From positions 64,001 to 128,000 of the forward strand of contig CAXXTH010000012.1 of the NCBI GenBank assembly GCA_963668025.2: a DNA stretch of 64,000 bases, given 5' to 3'. Positions within the stretch are counted from its first letter, which is position 1. The number at the start of each line of letters is the position of its first letter. This document shows, piece by piece, positions 49,150-61,015 of this stretch. Source of the DNA: Candidatus Hydrogenedentota bacterium (lineage in GTDB: Bacteria; Hydrogenedentota; Hydrogenedentia; Hydrogenedentales; SLHB01). A model generated the notes under the pieces. That model saw only the letters and a list, made by a program, of their open reading frames with translations. It had not been told where the DNA came from and did no database searches. The translations under genes and the position numbers were made by a program.

Positions 49150-52100
49150 ATGAGGCTCATGCACAACGAAACATCCGATGAATTTCGAACCATTCTGTAT
49201 TCCATTGGGGATGCGGTCATTGTTCTGGATGTGGCTGGCCGGGTGAAGCGGATGAACAGCATGGCTGAGCAGCTTACGGGATGGACGGAGCAGGAATCCC
49301 AGGGCAAGCTCTGTCTTGATGTGTTACACCTTGTCAATGAGGAAACCCGGATGGAAGTGGCCAGCCCAGCCGAGTATGTTCTGCGCGAGGGCCAAATCAC
49401 GGCTTTGGCCAATCACACCCTCCTGATTGCCCGCGATGGAACGGAACGTCCTATCACCGACAGTGGCGCGCCTATTCGAGATCAGGATGGCGTGGTATCG
49501 GGCGTGGTGCTGGTATTTCGCGATCAGACCGCGGAACGCGCCGCGGAACGCGCCTTATATGAAAATGAGCGTTCCCTGAGCACATTGATGAGCAATCTGC
49601 CTGGCATGGTGTTCCGCTGCCGAAATGACCGTGACTGGACAATGGAGTTCTTGAGCGAGGGGGTGCTGGCGCTTACGGGGTATCGAGCGGAAGAGTTTCT
49701 AAAAGAACAGCACGGCTCCTTTTCTTCCTTGATTCATGCGCTAGACCAGAACAGGCTGTGGGAATGCGTGCAATTAGCAGTGGCGGCGCACCAGCCCTTC
49801 GAAATAGAATACCGCATCTATACAGCGGAAGGGCAAATAAAGTGGGTATGGGAACGTGGCCAGGGCGTTTATGCAGCAGATGGCTCCCTGCTATTTCTAG
49901 AAGGCTTCATCGCGGATATCACGAAGCGCAAAAAGGCGGAAGCCGCGCTCAGCGAAAGCGAACAGCAGTACCGGGAATTGTTCGAGAGCGCACCTGTCGG
50001 TATTTTTGAGACTACCTCTACCGGCCGAGTCATTTCATTTAATCCCACCTTGGCCCAAATGCTAGGATTTTCCAGCCCAAAAGAAGCCATGCAGTATTAT
50101 ACGGACCTTGGACACCAAATATATACACAGCCAGAACGGCGCGTGGAACTTATACGCCTGCTATATAAACACGGCTCCGTTAATAATTTTGAATTCGAGG
50201 CGAAAACCAAAGACGGCCAGCGAATTTGGCTCACGACGAACACGAGAATCGCCAAACGCAATCCTGACGGCTCCTTCAACATGTCTGGGTTTCTCATCGA
50301 TATCACGGAACGCAAACGGGCGGATGAAGCGCTGCAGTTGAGCGAGCAGCGGTATCGAGAACTGTTTGAGAGCGCCCCTATTGGCATTTTCGAGACCATG
50401 TCCACAGGCCAGCCCATCGCATTTAATCCCACAGCGGCTTATATGATGGGATTCGCCAGCCCGGAAGAATTCATTGAATATTGCACTGATATTGGGAGCC
50501 AGCTATATGTCGAGCCCGAAAAGCGCGAAGAATTATTGCGCCTCATTCGGAAGAATGGATTCGTCAAAAACTTTGAATTCGCGTCGAAAACCAAAGCTGG
50601 CCAGCACATTTGGCTTTCGATGAACGCTAGAGTATCCAGGCATCATCCCGGTGGCACATTCAATTTGGAAGGCTTTTTGGCCGACATCACCGAACGCAAA
50701 CGGGCGGACGAAGCGCTCCAGTTAAGTGAACAGCGATACCGGGAGCTATTTGAAGGCGCGCCTATTGGTATCTTCGAGACAGTATCCACAGGCTCCGTGA
50801 TCACATTCAACCCGACCTTGGCTCATATGCTGGGATTCTCAAAACCAGAGGAAGCAATACAGTATTACACCAATCTTGGAGAACAATTATACACCCAGCC
50901 AGAACGGCGCAAGGAATTCTTACAACAAATGCGGGAAGAAGGCTTTGTTAGCAATTTTGAACTTCCTGCCAAGACTAAGGATGGCAGGAATATCTGGTTC
51001 ACGATGAATGCCAAGATCTCGGCGCATAACCCGGATGGCTCCTTTAATATGGTGGGATTCCTCATCGACATCACGGAAAGAAAACATGCCGATGAAGCAC
51101 TGCAGTTAAGCGAGCAGCGGTATCGCGAACTATTCGAGGGGGCCCCTATTGGCATCTTCGAGACCATCTCCACGGGCTCCGTGATCAGGTTCAATCCAGC
51201 CTTGGCCCATATGCTGGGCTTCTCACAACCGGAAGAAGCAATACGGTATTACACAGACCTTGGGCGCCAATTATATGTAAACCCAGAACGGCGCGAAGAA
51301 TGGATACGCCTGATTCGAGAAAAAGGCTCCGTTACCAATTTTGAACTTGAGGGAAAAACTAAAGATGGCCAGATCCTCTGGCAGCATATGCATGCCAGAA
51401 TCTCGAAACATAATGCAGATGGCTCCTTCAACATAGAAGGATTCCTCATCGATATCACGGAAAGAAAACATGCCGATGAAGCACTGCAGTTAAGCGAGCA
51501 GCGGTATCGCGAACTATTCGAGGGGGCCCCTATTGGCATCTTCGAGACCATCTCCATGGGCTCCGTGATCAGGTTCAATCCGGCCTTGGCCCATATGCTG
51601 GGCTTCTCACAACCGGAAGATGCAATACAGTATTACACCGACCTTGGCCGCCAATTATATGTAAACCCAGAACGGCGCGAAGAATGCATACGCCTGATTC
51701 GGGAAAAAGGCTCCGTTACTAATTTTGAACTTGAAGCAAAAACCAAAGATGGCCAGATCATCTGGCAGCATATGCATGCCAGAATCTCGAAACATAATGC
51801 AGATGGCTCCTTCAACATAGAAGGATTCCTCATCGATATCACGGAACGCAAGCATACGGAATGGGCTTTACAACGAAGCGAGCAACGATACCGCGAACTG
51901 TATGAAAATGCCCCTGTGGCGATTTTTGAAACCTCATCCGAAGGCAACTGTATCTCGATGAATCCAGCCAATGCGGAGATGCTCGGTTTTGGGAATCCCG
52001 ATGAAGCCATTCTTTATTACAATAATGTTTCAAACAAGTTTTATGCCCATCCGGAACAACGCAAGGGAATTCTGCAGACACTACAAAAACAAGGCTACTT

Positions 52101-55100
52101 CAAAAATGTCGAAATCGCCGCGAAAACCAAAGATGGCATTGAAAAATGGTTTTCAATGGATGCAAAAATTGAACGGTATAATCCAGACGGCACCTTCATT
52201 ATTGTAGGATTCTTTATCGATATCACGGAACGGAAGCGCGCAGATGAAGCATTGAAAATGAGTGAGCGGAATTATCGGGAGATTTTCAATTCCACCCATG
52301 AAGCGATCTCCATTATAGACACGATAACTGGCGATACTATTGACGTTAACCAGCCGATGGTCGATATGTATGGATTTTCCGACAAAGACGAGATTATATA
52401 CGGCGATAATAGCCGGCTTTGTGCGGGAGACAGCATATATACAGTAGAGCAGGCGCATCAAAATAACCTGATGATCGAGCCAGGGCATCCCATGATATTC
52501 GAATGGCATGCCAAAAAGAAGAACGGCGAACTATTCTGGGTGGAAGTATCGCTTCGCCGTTCCATGATTGGCGGCCAAGACCGGGTGCTGGCTGTCATTC
52601 GAGACATCTCAGAACGCAAGCAGGCGGAAGACGCACTCCAGCAAAGCGAGCGGAATTACCGGGAGATCTTCGACGCCACGCATGAAGCGATTTTCATTAT
52701 CGACCCCGCGACTGGCCAGATCACGGATGTGAACCAGTCGATGGTCGAGATGTATGGATATTCCAGCAAAGATGAAATCGTGTACGGCGATAACCGCCGG
52801 CTTAGTTCGGAAGAGGGGCATTATATCGAGGAAGAAGCGAACCGGAATATCCGAATTGCCAGGGCAGGGAATCCTCGAATATTCGAGTGGCAAGCCAGAA
52901 AGAAGACTGGCGAATTATTCTGGGTGGAAGTATCGCTTCGCCGTTCCACGATTGGCGGCCAAGAGCGGGTATTGGCCGTGGTGCGTAACATCACGGAACG
53001 CAAACAAGCGGAAGACGCCTTGCACCAAAGCGAGGAACGCTGGCGCAGCTACATCGAGCATGCTCCATATGGCGTGTTTATCGTGGATGAATTAGGGCAT
53101 CCCGTACAGGTGAACGCCACGGCCTGCCGCATGACGGGCTATGAAGAATCGGAACTATTGGCCCAAAATGTGGCCGGCTTTCTAGCTCCTGATTCTATTG
53201 AAGCGGGGCGGAAAGGGTATGCTGAACTGCTCGAACGCGGAGCATTATCAATTGAACTCACCTATAAAAACAAACAAGATGAAATGCGCTGGTGGGCGGT
53301 GGCGGCTGTCCGCATCGCCGAAAATCGCTATTTGGGGTACGCAAATGACATTACGGATAAAAAACAAGCGGAGCTCGCGCTAAAACGAAGCGAATATCTC
53401 TTACAGCGGGTTTTTGATATTCTGCCCGTTGGCCTATGGTTTGCCGATAAAAACGGCATGCTGATTCGCGGCAATCCCAGGGGAGTCAAGATTTGGGGCG
53501 CGGAACCGCATGTCGCGCCTTCCGATTATGGCGTTTTCAAAGCGCGCCGCCTGCCATCTCGGGAAGAAATCGCCCCAGATGATTGGGCGCTGGCGCGTAC
53601 AATCCGGGAAGGGGTTTCCATCGTCGAGGAATTGCTGGAAATTGACACATTTGATGGCCAAAAGAGAATCATTCTCAACTACACGGCTCCCGTATTGGAC
53701 GATGATGGAAACATGCTGGGCGCCATCGTGGTCAACCACGACATTACACGGAGATGGCAAGCAGAAGAATCGCTTCGGGAAAGTGAGCTGTTTTCAAAGG
53801 AAATTCAACGGATTGCCCGGCTGGGAGGATGGAAAGCCAATCCGTTCACGGATTATCTCAAATGGACCGAGGGCGTGAATGCCATTCTCGAAGCGCCGCG
53901 CGAGTATGCGCCCAGCCTTTCGGAAGGAATGATGTATTTCCAGCCCGAGTATCTGCCCTTGTTCAAGAATAACCTGACCCATTGTTTGGAGACAGGAGAG
54001 CCATTCGCGATTGAATGTGAAGTAAATACCATGACTGGGCGGCGGCTATGGGCGGAAGTGCGGGGCCTGGCGCCTGTAGTCGAGGGCGAACGGTATTCTG
54101 TAATTGGAACCTATCAAGACATATCCGAACGCAAGTCAGCAGAGGAGGAAAAGGAAAAACTGCAAGTCCAACTGCTTCAAGCGCAGAAAATGGAATCGGT
54201 GGGGCGGCTGGCGGGCGGCGTAGCCCATGATTTTAATAACATGCTTGGCGTCATTCTGGGCAACACGGAGTTAGCGCTGACAGAAATGCCGACGACGAAT
54301 CCCATCTACATGGATCTTCTGGAAATCAAGAAGGCGGCCCAGCATTCCACGGACTTGACCCGCCAGCTTCTGGCTTTTGCCCGCAAGCAGACCGTAAGCC
54401 CGAAAGTGCTCGATTTAAACGAAACCGTCGCGGGCATGCTCACCATGCTGCGCCGACTGATCGGCGAAGACATTGAGCTGTCATTGAAACCGGGCATGGG
54501 CCTTTGGCCCGTTAAAATGGACCCTTCCCAGATAGATCAAATGCTGGCTAATCTATGCATCAATTCGAGAGACGCCATCAGCGGCGTAGGCATGATCACC
54601 ATCGAAACGAGGAATGCCACATTTGATGAAGCGGATTGCGAAGATAACACGGAAGTGCGCCCCGGCGAATATGTCATGATGGCGGTGAGCGATACGGCGC
54701 AGGCATGGACCACGAGACCATTACGCGCATCTTTGAACCGTTCTACACGACAAAAGGCTTAGGCAAAGGAACCGGCCTAGGATTAGCCACGGTGTATGGC
54801 GCGGTCAAGCAGAATCAAGGCTTCATCAATGTATACAGTGAAATAGGCAAGGGCGCTACTTTCAAGATTTATCTGCCTCACGCCGAAGAAACCGCGGCCA
54901 TACCCGCTACGCTCGATGAGAAACCCGCCCACGGCAATGAGACGGTGCTCATAGCGGAAGATGAGCCGGCGATCCTTCTTTTAGGCAAAACGATCCTTGA
55001 ACGATACGGATATACCGTGCTGCCTGCATGCACGCCAGCAGAAGCCCTAACGCTGGCCTCGCACTATGAGGGCCCTATCCATCTGCTGATTACCGATGTG

Positions 55101-55322
55101 GTGATGCCAGGAATGAATGGAAAAGAGTTGCTGGACCAGCTTTTGCTGTTGCGCCCGGAAATAAAAGTCTTGTTCATGTCGGGCTATCCGGCGGATGTCA
55201 TCGCACACCATGGGATCGTCGACGAGCATGTTGAATTCCTGCAGAAACCGTTTTCGAATGTTACGCTGGTCTTGAAGGTGCAGGAAGTGCTGGGGCAGCA
55301 TGGGTGCGCCGATGCACAGTAA
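49150..55322 (+). pseudogene. Hybrid sensor histidine kinase (13 PAS, HisKA, HATPase, REC) split by one frameshift near 54696
   Basis: GGVAHDFNN H-box. The expected SDTGAGMD reads GATACGGCGCAGGCATG (one G missing). The next frame continues IFEPFYTTK..GTGLGL and a receiver domain. Confidence 0.88.
49957..53028 (+). repeat. Eight tandem 384-bp PAS-PAC units
   Basis: SE.RY/SERNY starts at 49957, 50341, 50725, 51109, 51493, 51877, 52261, 52645. Confidence 0.92.
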
Positions 55323-55507
55323 AAGCAGTATGGAATCATAATTCTTCCCAAAATCATCTGTTTGGCCCGGACTCGCGGCCAAGTATGGAATGATGCCAGG
55401 TTTGTACTTTGTTCAAACCACGAAAGAATCTTCATTGTTTTTCTTGCCTGAAATACGGAACATGTGGTATTTAAAAGGAAGCAATTATACATAGGGGGCT
55501 CCAGAAA

Positions 55508-57625
55508 GTGATGTATGCCATTAAACGCCTGTTTCTGGGAGTTTTTTTGATCGCTTTAGCCTCAGGGATCCTGCTGGCTTCCGATCTCGGCCATCGCAAG
55601 GGAAAAGAGTCCAACGCCTCTTCCAGCGGCCATATCCCCCATATCGCCCTGTTCGTGTTTACAACCTCAACGTTGCTTGACGATGGGGCAAAAGGCGTGC
55701 TCGATGTGTTTGAGGAAGAGGGGATCATCGACGGCCAGACAGCCAAGATCGACCATTTCAACGCCGAGGGCGACATGCCTACGGCGAATAGCATCGCCAA
55801 ACGCATTACCGGCGAAGGATATGATATCGTCGTGACGCTGAGCACGCCCACTCTGCAAACCATGGCTTCCGCTAATAAGGAAGGCCAGGTGCGGCATATT
55901 TTTGGAGCGGTCACGGATCCGTTCGCGTCAGGCGTAGGCATCAATCCGGCTGATCCCCTCGAGCATCCGCCTCATCTGGCAGGCATCGGCACGTTTCAAC
56001 CCGTGGATATTACATTGCAATTGATGCATTACCTCGCCCCGCATATAAAAACATTGGGCATTGTGTGGAATCCATCGGAAGCCTGCTCGGAGGCCTGTAC
56101 ACTAAAAGCCAAAAAGACCGCCAGCAACTTGGGCTTGACGATTATTGAAGCGCAAGTGGACAACACGGCGGGCGTGTTCGAGGCGGCAACTTCACTGGCG
56201 GCGCGAGGCGCGGACGCCTTTTATGTGGGCGGCGATAACACCGTCGAGACGGGAATAGAGAGCCTGATAAAGGCCGCTTCAGCCGCAGGCATTGGCGTGA
56301 TCACGAATACGCCGAATGACGCACTCAAAGGGGCCGCGCTGAATCTGGGCGCGAATTATTACGAAGTGGGCCGCCAGGTGGGCCAGATGGCGGCGGAAGT
56401 GCTCCAGGACGGACTTGATCCGGCTACGGTGGCAATCAAGGATGTCGTGCCGCGCAAACTCGCTTTGAATACGGCGGCCTTGGAGAAACTAGCAACGCCT
56501 TGGGCTATCCCACCCGATATTATGGACTGCGTGGCCTTGACCGTCGATGAAAAAGGCCCGCATGACTACACGGAAACAGCTAAGGTTTTACCTGATTTTA
56601 AGGATGGCAAGCCGGTTTCACCCGCAATGCCCGCTGAATCGGCCAGCGCGCCGCAACCGGCCGCAACAGCTCCTTCCCAGGAAGAAGTCGTTCCAATATC
56701 AGCTCCTCTCGGCAAGAAATGGCGGCTGCGTTTTATCGATTATTGCGAGGCGGAGCATGTGAGCGGCTGCCATCAAGGTTTTTCGGAGCGCATCAAGGCG
56801 CTGGGCTTAGTGGAGGGGCGTGATTATGAGCTCGCCGTCCAGAATGCCCAGGGCGATATCGCGGCCATGAATACGATGATCACCGCAATTGCCGCGGAAA
56901 AACCGGACATGGTGCTGCTGACCTCCACGCCCACTTTGCAGGCGGCTGTTCAAAATATAAAAGACATCCCCGTCTTGTTCAGCAATGTCGCAAATCCCAT
57001 CATCGTGGGCGCGGGCGTGTCTGATACCGACCACCTGCCCAACATCACTGGCATCTACTCAGAACACGATTGCGCGGCCATGGTTAAGCTGATCAAAGAG
57101 TGCCTGCCGCAGGCGCATACCATCGGTACGCTCTACTGCCCGGCGGAGGCCAATTCGGAGTACAACTCCCAAAAACTGGGCGATGCCACTCAGGCCGATG
57201 GGCTTGCATTCATCCGTATCTCCGACGCCAATGCATCCGAAGTTCCGCAGTCGGCCCAAGCGCTCCTCGAGCGCGGCGTCGATGTCATATGCCAGGTGGT
57301 CGATAATTTGCACGATACGGGGTTCACCAGTATCGTCGAGGCCGCACGACGCTCCAAGACGCCATTGTTCAGCTTTGTGCCCGGCTTGGTCCGTGAACAC
57401 GGTGCGGCTATCTCCTTGGCGAAGGACTATAATTCGTCTGGTGAAGATCTGGCCGATTTGGTGTTGCGGGTGATGCGGGGAGAACACCCGGAAGATATCC
57501 CATTCCACTCGATCCGCCGCACAAAATTGGTGGTCAATTTGGAAAACGCGCGTTTATGCGGCCTGGAAACGCCTCAATCGGTTATCAGCCGCGCTGACGA
57601 AGTGATCGGCGGGGCCGCCCAGTAG
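55508..57625 (+). CDS. ABC substrate-binding protein with two tandem ABC_sub_bind domains
   Basis: NAEGD..STPTLQ repeated as NAQGD..STPTLQ, joined by a Pro/Ala linker. Confidence 0.88.
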   Translation: MMYAIKRLFLGVFLIALASGILLASDLGHRKGKESNASSSGHIPHIALFVFTTSTLLDDGAKGVLDVFEEEGIIDGQTAKIDHFNAEGDMPTANSIAKRITGEGYDIVVTLSTPTLQTMASANKEGQVRHIFGAVTDPFASGVGINPADPLEHPPHLAGIGTFQPVDITLQLMHYLAPHIKTLGIVWNPSEACSEACTLKAKKTASNLGLTIIEAQVDNTAGVFEAATSLAARGADAFYVGGDNTVETGIESLIKAASAAGIGVITNTPNDALKGAALNLGANYYEVGRQVGQMAAEVLQDGLDPATVAIKDVVPRKLALNTAALEKLATPWAIPPDIMDCVALTVDEKGPHDYTETAKVLPDFKDGKPVSPAMPAESASAPQPAATAPSQEEVVPISAPLGKKWRLRFIDYCEAEHVSGCHQGFSERIKALGLVEGRDYELAVQNAQGDIAAMNTMITAIAAEKPDMVLLTSTPTLQAAVQNIKDIPVLFSNVANPIIVGAGVSDTDHLPNITGIYSEHDCAAMVKLIKECLPQAHTIGTLYCPAEANSEYNSQKLGDATQADGLAFIRISDANASEVPQSAQALLERGVDVICQVVDNLHDTGFTSIVEAARRSKTPLFSFVPGLVREHGAAISLAKDYNSSGEDLADLVLRVMRGEHPEDIPFHSIRRTKLVVNLENARLCGLETPQSVISRADEVIGGAAQ

Positions 57626-57643
57626 CTCAAGGGACATATATCC

Positions 57644-58873
57644 ATGGAACTCGAACAGATTAAGGCAGGCGCATGGCTTCATCTCAAGATGCGGGGCCGA
57701 TTGGATGCGACGAACGCACGGGAAGCAGACGCCCAGCTCGATGAGATTGTGCGCGCGGGCGAACACCAAATCCGCGCGAATATGGCCGAAGTAGATTATC
57801 TGAGCTCGGCGGGCATCCGCGTACTGGTGCGCCAGCGGCAATCACTCGGGAAATTGGGCGGCGCTTTTTGCATTGTGTCGCCTTCCATCCAGGTTCGCAC
57901 CGTGCTTGAGTTGACAGGCTTAGGCGGATTCATTGTGGATGACGGTCCCGAACCAGGTGCGGAGGAGGAAAAAACAGGGCCGGTCTTGACGGAACATGGC
58001 GGCATGCGGCTCGAAATTTTTCCGCCGCCATCCATGACGCCGCTTGAAGGCTTCCTGATGGGCGATCCGGCGAAACTATCCACCGGCAGTTTCGGTGAAG
58101 GCAGTGTGTCCTCCTTACGGCTTACGCCAGAAACGCTGGCCGTGGGCGTCGGGGCTTTTGGCTCCAATTATGCGGAAGCCAAATCCCGTTTTGGGGAGTT
58201 TATGTCCATCGGCGGCGCGGGTATATGCCTGCCGGGAGATGGTTCGGCCGATGTGGACTTTATGCTGGCCCAGGGCGAACTGGCTCCCGAAGCGCAGATG
58301 CTGTACGCCGTGGGCGCTCGAGGCGCGCTGGAGCATTGCATGCGCTTCGAGAGCCTGGCGGACGAGGAAGGCGTGCCGCTTTCGGCATTGGCCCAAATGG
58401 CCCTTGAGCACATGGATAGCTCATCGGCCGCAGTAGTGATATTGGCGGAAACCGCGGGATTGGTAGGCGCATGGCTGCGCCGCTCACCTGCGGATGATGA
58501 GCCTCAAGCGGCGTTCTTCGAGCATCCCGCTATTCGCCAGCGCTTGTCTTTCGCGCCTGAACGCATGTATGGCCGTTCTCTGGCATTGGCGGTGGGAATC
58601 ATATCGCGCCAGCCGGAACCAGCGATTGCACCTTTCATCCGGCCATTAGCAACAGGTTCAGATGTGGCAGGCCATTTCCACGCCACGGTATTTACATTCC
58701 GCGTATTGCCGCACGGGCCATTCGCGCTGGACGGCATGGTGCAAGAACTGTTCGAGGAACAATCGATCATAGGGCTGATGCATTTAGTAAACGATGCGCG
58801 CCCTTATACCGGGGGAGGCGAAAGCCTATTTATGCGCGGGGCGCTTTGGGCCGGGCCGGTGGCTTGGCAATAG
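57644..58873 (+). CDS. STAS (anti-sigma antagonist) domain fused to an unknown domain
   Basis: GRLDA..VDYLSSAGIRVL..VLELTGL. Confidence 0.85.
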   Translation: MELEQIKAGAWLHLKMRGRLDATNAREADAQLDEIVRAGEHQIRANMAEVDYLSSAGIRVLVRQRQSLGKLGGAFCIVSPSIQVRTVLELTGLGGFIVDDGPEPGAEEEKTGPVLTEHGGMRLEIFPPPSMTPLEGFLMGDPAKLSTGSFGEGSVSSLRLTPETLAVGVGAFGSNYAEAKSRFGEFMSIGGAGICLPGDGSADVDFMLAQGELAPEAQMLYAVGARGALEHCMRFESLADEEGVPLSALAQMALEHMDSSSAAVVILAETAGLVGAWLRRSPADDEPQAAFFEHPAIRQRLSFAPERMYGRSLALAVGIISRQPEPAIAPFIRPLATGSDVAGHFHATVFTFRVLPHGPFALDGMVQELFEEQSIIGLMHLVNDARPYTGGGESLFMRGALWAGPVAWQ

Positions 58874-58914
58874 CGCAGGCCGCGCCGACACGACGACCAT
58901 AGAGGAAGAATGCC

Positions 58915-59853
58915 GTGAATTTATTGATTGCCGCTCTCTCGATAGGATTCATCCTGTCGCTGCTGTCCATCGGGGTATACATATCATTTCGGATTTTTGA
59001 TTTCCCCGATATCACCACGGACGGCTCGATAACCCTGGGTGCGGCGGTGGCCGCGGTGCTGATCGTGAAGGGAGTCAATCCCGCCTTGGCTACGGTGCTT
59101 GCGGGTGTTGCCGGTTGCTGCGCAGGTTTGGCCACTGGCGTGCTGCATACCCGCTTCGGCATCCATAAACTACTCTCGGGCATTCTCGTAATGACGGCGC
59201 TGTATTCGGTCAACCTGCATATCATGGGACGGAGCAACGTGCCGCTAATGGGCGAAGCTTCACTAATGGCGTGGGCGGGGAAAGCCGCGGAGCGGCTCTT
59301 CGGCGGTGCAGGGAACGTCAACTTGCTGGGTTGGGAAATGCCCATGCAGGACCTCGCCGTGCTAGTGGCGCTGGCCATGCTGATTGCGGCGGCCTGCCTG
59401 CTGCTGTATCTCTTCTTGCGCACGAACCTGGGCACGGCCATGCGCGCCACGGGCAATAATGACCAGATGATCCGCGCGCTGGGCGTCAACACCAACAACA
59501 TGATTGTCGCGGGCATCGCCTTGGCGAACGGCTGCATCGCCCTCAGCGGCGCGCTGCTCGCACAATACCAAGGCTTTGCGGATGTGCAGATGGGCATCGG
59601 CATGGTGGTGTGGGGGCTTGCCAGCGTCATCATCGGCGAAGCGCTCGTGCGCACCAATACGCTGGCCCTCACGCTTTGCGGCGCGGTGATGGGAGCGGTG
59701 CTGTTCCGGCTGCTGGTGGCCATCGCCCTGCGCTGGGGCCTGAATCCCAACGATCTCAAGCTGATTACAGCGCTTTTTGTATTCGCCGCACTCGTGCTGC
59801 CCGCAATACTGGGTAAATTAAAACGCCGGTCCACGGAGGTGCGGCATGCTTAA
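58915..59853 (+). CDS. ABC transporter permease
   Basis: FPDITTDGS, LYSVNLHIMG, GFADVQMGIG. Confidence 0.92.
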   Translation: MNLLIAALSIGFILSLLSIGVYISFRIFDFPDITTDGSITLGAAVAAVLIVKGVNPALATVLAGVAGCCAGLATGVLHTRFGIHKLLSGILVMTALYSVNLHIMGRSNVPLMGEASLMAWAGKAAERLFGGAGNVNLLGWEMPMQDLAVLVALAMLIAAACLLLYLFLRTNLGTAMRATGNNDQMIRALGVNTNNMIVAGIALANGCIALSGALLAQYQGFADVQMGIGMVVWGLASVIIGEALVRTNTLALTLCGAVMGAVLFRLLVAIALRWGLNPNDLKLITALFVFAALVLPAILGKLKRRSTEVRHA

Positions 59854-60658
59854 AGTTGAATCGTTCCGAAAAACATTCAACCCGGATACCGCCAATGAGG
59901 TGCGCGCCTTGCGCGGGGTGGATATGGCGCTCGAGGATGGCCAGTTTCTCGTCATCATCGGCACCAACGGCTCCGGCAAATCGACCTTCCTCAATGGCCT
60001 CGCTGGAACCTATTTTCCCGACACCGGGAGCGTCCATCTGGCTGGACATGATATCACGCGCTGGCCTGAACACCGCCGCGCACGCCTTATCGGCCGTGTC
60101 TTTCAGAATCCCTTCAGCGGCACCGCACCCGCCATGAGCATATCGGAGAATCTCGCACTGGCGGCCTTGCGTGGCAAGAATCGCGGCCTGGGCTGGGCGC
60201 TTTCACACAGGCGCATGCATGAATTCCGCGAGCGGGTGCGGGCGCTCGACATGGGCCTCGAAGACCGCCTCGGCAACGCCATCGGCAGCCTCTCGGGCGG
60301 CCAACGCCAGGCGCTCACCTTGCTCATGGCGGCCTGGCTGCGCCCGGAATTGCTCTTGCTGGACGAACACACCGCCGCCCTCGACCCCAAAACCGCCGCA
60401 CAAGTCATCCAATTGACGGACTCCATCGTGTCTCGCGACAAACTGACCACGCTCATGGTCACGCACTCGATGCAACAGGCGGTCAGCCTGGGCGACCGCC
60501 TGATCATGATGCACCGGGGCCAGATCGTCTACGATGTGTCCGGGCGCGACAAAAAACGCTTGCGCGTCGAAGACCTGCTCGAACGCTTCGAAGAATTGCG
60601 CCGACTCGAATTGCTCGATCCCAGCGCCGCTGAAATGCTGGCGGGGCAGTATGTGTAA
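59846..60658 (+). CDS. ABC transporter ATP-binding protein
   Basis: GTNGSGKST, LSGGQRQ, LLDEHTAALDP. Confidence 0.95.
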   Translation: MLKVESFRKTFNPDTANEVRALRGVDMALEDGQFLVIIGTNGSGKSTFLNGLAGTYFPDTGSVHLAGHDITRWPEHRRARLIGRVFQNPFSGTAPAMSISENLALAALRGKNRGLGWALSHRRMHEFRERVRALDMGLEDRLGNAIGSLSGGQRQALTLLMAAWLRPELLLLDEHTAALDPKTAAQVIQLTDSIVSRDKLTTLMVTHSMQQAVSLGDRLIMMHRGQIVYDVSGRDKKRLRVEDLLERFEELRRLELLDPSAAEMLAGQYV

Positions 60659-60763
60659 TAAAGCCGACTCATTTTGAGCGTGAAGTGAATAAACACCTGG
60701 TGTGATCGTTGCCCACAAGCCAACAGAAAGGTATGATCTGTTATTCTGCTAAATCTTCACCTT

Positions 60764-60869
60764 CTTGGCGTCTTTGCGGCTTTGCGTGAAAACAAAATAA
60801 ATGGGCGTCTTCATGGTAGTACCACGTACAGTACTGAAAAATCTCACGCAAAGCCGCAAAGACGCCAAG
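60764..60869. repeat. Perfect 26-bp inverted repeat of the palindromic family
   Basis: CTTGGCGTCTTTGCGGCTTTGCGTGA / TCACGCAAAGCCGCAAAGACGCCAAG. Confidence 0.9.
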
Positions 60870-60897
60870 TTTGCAACTGAATGATCCTCTTGCAAAA

Positions 60898-60942
60898 TTT
60901 TACCCGGGTAATATTGACTTTTAGTTTTTACCCGGGTAAAAT
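60898..60942 (+). promoter_or_regulatory. Promoter with two TTACCCGGGTAA operators
   Basis: TTGACT (60914), 17 bp, TAAAAT (60937); palindromes centred at 60905/6 and 60933/4. Confidence 0.8.
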
Positions 60943-61015
60943 ACAAAAGCAGGCTCGGTGTGTGAGTTCTCACTTCCGTAGAACTCCCGAGCCCGACATC
61001 AGAAAGAGGATTCCC

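Noticed and set aside
54760-54762. Stop-codon readthrough (pyrrolysine) in the kinase
   Set aside because: The continuation is in another frame; a one-base deletion explains it
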